The notes below the pieces were generated by a model. It ran no database searches. It was not told where the DNA came from and saw nothing but the letters and a program-made list of their open reading frames with translations. 40,454 nt of DNA, from the NCBI GenBank assembly GCA_051941275.1, contig JAVEBF010000046.1, forward strand, positions 1-40,454, written 5' to 3'. The position numbers were made by a program, and so were the translations under genes. Source of the DNA: Dirinaria sp. TL-2023a. Its lineage: Eukaryota. Below, piece by piece: positions 35,001-40,454 of the stretch (positions are counted from its first letter, which is position 1; each line of letters starts with the position of its first letter).

Positions 35001-35764
35001 ACCTTATCGAAGTGGCTCTTTGGATGACCTATCGATCGATGCGACAAAGGATAGCGCGCCCATTAGCGGATTTGATACACCAGCAAAACCACGATTGGTA
35101 GGTCTTAGCCAGCCTTTCTTTGCTGCGCCTTCACCGTTGGAGTCGCCGCAAAGCCAAATGGCTGCTATAGAGCATGCTGCTGCGCAGGCGTCTAAGAACG
35201 GCGACAAAGTTAGGGTATTAGTAGCCGAGGACAACAAGGTCAATCAAGAGGTCGTACTGCGAATGCTGAAGCTTGAAGACATCTACGGTGAGTCTCGATT
35301 GGTCTTTGATATATAGCGACCCTAACAAATTGCAGACGTCACTGTCGCTAAGGATGGCCAAGAAGCGTTTGATCTTGTCAAGGAGAGTATGCAACAATCG
35401 AGGTTCTTTAACCTGATCTTCATGGACGTTCAGGTACAAAGCCTATGCTCTAATTTTCCTTTTTTCCCTCCGTCACTTGGCTCACCAGATTCAGATGCCC
35501 AACCTCGATGGCCTTCAAAGCACTCGCCTTATTCGCCAAATAGGCTATTCAGCTCCCATCGTTGCATTGACGGCTTTCGCCGAAGAAAGCAATGTTAAAG
35601 AATGCATGGATTCCGGCATGAATGCGTTCCTCGCAAAACCCCTTCGCCGGCCCGCATTCAAACAAGTCATCAAGCGCTATTGTGCAACTATTCCCGAAAC
35701 AGAGGAAGAGAGTAAGCCCAGCCCACCGAAGCCGAAGGAGGAGACTGTTTCGCCCATGTCATGA
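32078..35764 (+). CDS. SLN1: Group VI transmembrane hybrid histidine kinase (Sln1/TcsB); exons 32078-32161, 32222-32256, 32325-35287, 35336-35433, 35495-35764
   Basis: [10 protein letters not shown]-terminus, two TM segments, H-box [17 protein letters not shown]-box [26 protein letters not shown], receiver VLVAEDN...IFMDVQMPNLDG...KP. Confidence 0.95.
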
Positions 35765-37023
35765 CTACGCTCTATCTGCTAGCAGCGATGCTACCTTGCC
35801 ATTCAGTCCGCTTCTGTTGCATACAAGCTACCATCTCTGCTTGATACTCGACCGCTAGCATTCTTATACCTCTCATCCATAGCGACTCTTTATGCCTTGC
35901 ATCCTCCATATATCCAACCTTTGGCACATGTATAGTCGGCTGTAAGAACGGAGCAGCATCGCTTGTTGGAACAGGTTTTTTTTTAATCACAGCATACCAC
36001 GAAAGCAAGGCGTTATTTGATCGCAGACCACAGGGTCGGTGGATTAGGAAAAGGAAAACAGGAACCAAAGCACGGCGCAATGCGCGCTTTGGGAAGGCGT
36101 TCTTATGGTGTGGGATCTTGGGTCTCATAATCAAATGAGTGTATGTTGAGGAAATGGAAGTCGTGATGAACCTGTTGGTGTGTATTAGAGCTAATGTCAC
36201 AAATTTTCCATTTGTCTCATACGCTCTCTCCACCAAGTCTTACTTCCGTCCATCCCCATTTCCAAAGAAAAAAATTATTTGATGCATTCTCTGAACCATT
36301 CCTGCCCACTGAATAATAAAAAGAAAGCCAGTCGACTCTAAGGGAAAACATTCACCCTATCTCCACCAGGTCTCGTTTTTAGCAAAGGTCCACCGTCTCC
36401 TAGAGAACAAGCGGTAGGATACCCACAAGCTTCTCATCAGTATCATGCACCACTCTTGTATTAGCGGACCTTGTCTGCGGTTCCTTTGGTGGTTTCAAAC
36501 ACGATACAGTAGCACGTTCCCTGATTCCGTGCTGTCGAATATAATCCCACGCTCTTCCCTCTTCCTTTGTTCATGGGTCACCTTTCACCCCACTGATCGG
36601 TAGGTGTGCAAACTCGATTCTAGTCTGACAGCTTTCCCGTGCCTACCTTTCGAGCTGGCTGCTTCCTTGCGAGCTAGTCTTCTACCAATGAGACCATTGA
36701 GTTTACGATCCAACGACGAAGTTTCTCAATGTGTCAAGTCTGAATTATTAAATCGTATGATATGTTCCATAAATAGCCTGACCATGACCATAGATCGCAC
36801 TGATCTGATCTAAGTATCTTACTACTCAGGAAAGAGTGGTACTGTACCCTAAGGTAAGAATGGAACTTCGTACTTCAATTTAGGGTCGTGAAAGGGTTAG
36901 TCCATCTTCCACCAAGAGCATCAATCTCTTTCTCTTTGCGCATCATTACCTCAGGTACACCGGAATATTGGTACCCTGTACAGCATTCAGACTCATACAG
37001 AGTGGCCACCCTTCTTCCTCATC

Positions 37024-37517
37024 ATGGGCTCTGTTGTACTCCCTCACCTGGTTACAGGCTGGCACGTGGGTAAGTCGATACCTTCCTTCCCCTCTCCGCG
37101 CTTCAACTTCTTAATAAACCCCCCCCAACAGACCAAGCCATAATGTCGGAGGAGGAACGCCTCGTCGTAATCCGCTTTGGACGAGACTGGGATCCAGACT
37201 GTATGCGGCAAGACGAAGTGCTCTATCGGATCGCAGACCGAGTGAAGAACTTTGCGGTGATCTACGTCTGCGATCTGGACCAAGTGCCCGACTTCAAACA
37301 GATGTACGAATTGTACGACACCGTGACGCTGATGTTCTTCTTCCGCAACAAGCATATGATGTGCGATTTCGGTACGGGGAACAATAATAAATTGAACTGG
37401 GTGCTCGAGGATAAGCAGGAGTTGATTGATATCATTGAGACGATTTATAGAGGTGCGAAGAAAGGGCGTGGGTTGGTTGTTAGTCCCAAGGATTATTCCA
37501 CGAGATACAGATACTAG
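37024..37517 (+). CDS. DIB1: U5 snRNP thioredoxin-like protein Dib1/Dim1; exons 37024-37069, 37132-37517
   Basis: MGSVVLPHLVTGWHVDQAIMSEEERLVVIRFG...GNNNKLNW...RGAKKGRGLVVSPKDYSTRYRY*. Confidence 0.98.
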
Positions 37518-38936
37518 AGATGGGACGATGGTCTGGCTTGTCCATTTGCCTACTGCGCTGTAAGCACCACCTCTACATGACTACGTTTTCCAATGCTATC
37601 GAGCAGTAGGCGAGAAACGTAGAATACCTACTTGCTTCTCAGAACACAGAATCGAGACGCTAGCTCACAGTCTATTCACAGGCAAGTAAGGCAACATCCA
37701 GGTCCATTCTGGCGCAGAAAGTCAATTTTGGTGCACAGTGCTGACGGTTCGTCTCCTGACCACGACTTTTTTTTGCCATGTACCCTCTCTCTTTGCCTTG
37801 TCTCAATTAATCCTCGGCAGAACTGGACAGGATCTCTTGCGGCAGAGTTATTCCCATGCAGCTGCAACACTATGAAGTCTCTGGAACTAGGCAAGTCTAT
37901 TGTTCGGGTTCTTCCTTATTACTTGTTGGCACCTTTATACGTGCATAGTCTATGATTGGCCAACGGATTGTCCTTTTTACCACGACACTATCTGGAATTG
38001 ACAGAGATAAGCGTGAGTTCTATCATTGTTATTACTTCGTTGTATGGCCAAGGCCAGGAACACCTTTGCTCTTGTGTTCTCTTTCTTTGCCCAGAATGTG
38101 TCTATTACGAAACGCCACATTCTCAGCATCTTCATCTTTGAAAGCACTATAGGGATCAACAACTATTGGTCTGCGTGCAACAGCGCGCCTCTCTGACACC
38201 GGCTTCAATTGTGTATCATTCAATTGAATATTTTTTTCAGGAATCAAACGAAAAACACTGGGTCGGATTTGAACCAGTAAACCCGATAGCACAACGCATG
38301 TGCTTTGGTTTTCGCCTCATATCATCACAATTAGCTGAGTCTCTTTAGCGTGTTAGTCTCAGCAACGATGTCTTCTTTAATGTTATGAAACGCAGGTTTG
38401 GTATACCAGATCGGTATTGAAGAAGAGGCCTTCAATCCGGCTGTCCACATATTACGCATGTTAGCGTGACTGCGACACTTTACTTGTTTTGCCATAGCAT
38501 CGGTTCATTGGTGGATGTAACGAGCTGTGCTTGGCGAGCAAGGGTGTCATGCAGGTAATTAATTCATCCTTAGATAAATAATCACCGAGAGGCTTGGGTG
38601 ATGTACTTGTACTTACTTAGGTACCTTGGGGGATATCGGTGATAAAGCAGCTGCTTCATACACTGCCCTTTAGAGGTACCACCCATCTGAAGGTTATTGC
38701 CGAGACCTGCATGGCCAATTAAAAGATAGTAGGATGGGGCCGAACGCAACAACTTCCTTTTCAGAAATGGCTTAGGTCTAGAAGCATCCAGCACTGGACC
38801 TCCCGTCCGCAAACCCGAGTCGCCGTTAAGAATCGGCGATTAAAGGCACTTGCTGACCTTCCTACGAGAGACCCATGTGTTGCACCCTTTCCGAGTCTGC
38901 TATATATCCCCTACCTTATAGCAACTACCCAAAGCC

Positions 38937-39914
38937 ATGGCTTCTGCCGAAGACACCTCCAACTTCTTCAAGCGCGCCGACTACAATGAGGAGTACTGGA
39001 ATAACTACCTCGCAGCCCGTCCGCTGTATGATCACGCCTTCTACCAGTCCATTTACCATTACCACGAGGTGCACAATGGCCTCACCGAGACCGCGCACGA
39101 CGTGGCCACCGGACCAGGCCAGGTAGCCGCAGAATTAGCGAGCCACTTTGACCACGTGGTCGCCAGCGACATCAACCCCACCCATCTCGCCATCGCGGAG
39201 CACCTCCATAAGTCGCTCCCCTTTTCGCACAAAATTAGCCTGGTGCCCTGCACGGCCGAAGAGCTCGCGGACAAGTATCCGCCCTGCTCCGCCGACATGA
39301 TCGTCGCCGCCGAATGCTTCGCCCTGTTGGACGCAAGCAAGACGATCCAAGCCTTCTCCACGGTCCTCAAACCCAACGGCACGCTCGCGATCTGGTTCTA
39401 CGGCCGGCCCATCTTCGCGGAGCCGGCGTACGCCGCCCGATGCCAGCCCCTGCTGGAGTCGATCCTGGACCTGTCCTTTGCCAAGGTGGTCAAGGGTGGC
39501 GGGGCGCAGCATCGCGCCGCCATGATCCGCGCGACGAACCGCATGGCCAGTTTCCTCGACGACGTCGAGCTGCGCGGCGACGTGTGGCGGGACGTCGAGC
39601 GGCGGAAATGGAACCCCGAGCACGCGATGTCATTTTATGGGCCCGACGCGTGCGATTTCGCAATCACGCCCTCGTCGGCGGTTTCGCCGGAGCAGAAAGT
39701 GGTGGAGACGCAGGACGCCGCGTTCTGGGAAAAAGAATGGGATTTGAAAGGCGTGCGGCAGTTCGTCGTCGCGAACCTGCCCACGTTCGACGAGAAGGCT
39801 CTGGACGAGCTGGTGCTGAGCAAGTTTCGGGACTTGGGCCAGGCAATGGGTGGAGAAGGCGCCGTCAGGAAGATCACCTGGCCCGTCGTATTGATTCTTG
39901 CGAGCAAGAAGTAG
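38937..39914 (+). CDS. Class I SAM-dependent methyltransferase (Tmt1/Crg1-like), intronless, 325 aa
   Basis: YLAARPLY, motif I AHDVATGPG, VVASD, CTAEEL, DMIVAAECF, LKPNGTLAIWFY. Confidence 0.88.
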   Translation: MASAEDTSNFFKRADYNEEYWNNYLAARPLYDHAFYQSIYHYHEVHNGLTETAHDVATGPGQVAAELASHFDHVVASDINPTHLAIAEHLHKSLPFSHKISLVPCTAEELADKYPPCSADMIVAAECFALLDASKTIQAFSTVLKPNGTLAIWFYGRPIFAEPAYAARCQPLLESILDLSFAKVVKGGGAQHRAAMIRATNRMASFLDDVELRGDVWRDVERRKWNPEHAMSFYGPDACDFAITPSSAVSPEQKVVETQDAAFWEKEWDLKGVRQFVVANLPTFDEKALDELVLSKFRDLGQAMGGEGAVRKITWPVVLILASKK

Positions 39915-40388
39915 TAGTAGTAGAAGATGTTTTCACACACGCCCACAAAAAAAAATCAAAAAAAAGCCATCGGGGCATATCTTCGCAATCAGCAACAAAG
40001 CATATATACTTCGTAGGGGAAATCGAATCGATTTATGCCTGTCATTTCTGAAATCGATAAATGCAGGGGTTTTCTATTATTCTTCAGAGAGAGTCAAAAG
40101 GTAAAGCGGATTTGCTTGCTTGCACATCCCATAGATATGAAACGCTTCAAAAAAAAAAATTGTTTTTTAATAATTCCGATTTTTCTTCACAAAACTATGG
40201 CAAACAAAAACACTTCCTCGCACAGTCGCAATCACAATCGCAATCACCCAACATTTTTTATAAAAAAAAAAAAGAAAGGAAAGATCTTCGAAGCTGCACC
40301 AAATAAAACCAACACTGGGGGGGGAGAAGAGAGGAAAGCAAAAAAAAAAAAAAAAAAAAAAAACCTCCCCTGACCCTTATTACTTTGA

Positions 40389-40412
40389 TTCAAATTCAAA
40401 TTCAAATTCAAA
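40389..40412 (+). repeat. (TTCAAA)4 microsatellite in an A-rich low-complexity tail
   Basis: Read directly; an A24 run lies at 40340-40363. Confidence 0.85.
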
Positions 40413-40454
40413 ATCAAAATATCCCATCTTCTTTGAAGGAGTATGAGTTTATAC

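Noticed and set aside
39059..40051. Long overlapping ORFs on both strands of the methyltransferase
   Set aside because: Expected from high GC3 and scarce stop codons; no recognisable motifs.

Overview
Intron-rich eukaryotic DNA from a filamentous ascomycete (Pezizomycotina), inferred from GT-AG introns with CTRAY branch points and fungal-type proteins. I reconstructed exons by hand. Conserved genes, in order: RPS19(-), a DH-PH RhoGEF(-), NAS2(+), ADE13(+), Ran/GSP1(+), PHO8(+), then UTR2/CRH2(-), SLN1(+), DIB1(+) and an intronless SAM methyltransferase(+). A ~10 kb accessory block lies between PHO8 and UTR2. It holds an HNH-nuclease gene with a ~70-aa acidic tail facing a DUF3632-like gene, a possible secreted-protein relic, an interstitial telomere repeat, two related MC-CxH proteins and decayed coding sequence. 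The first 4 kb has no intact recognisable gene. The best leads are a candidate H/ACA RNA in ADE13 intron 2, stem-loops in several long introns (two covering 5' splice sites) and the HNH/DUF3632 pair. No tRNA, rRNA or CRISPR was seen. No database searches were run.
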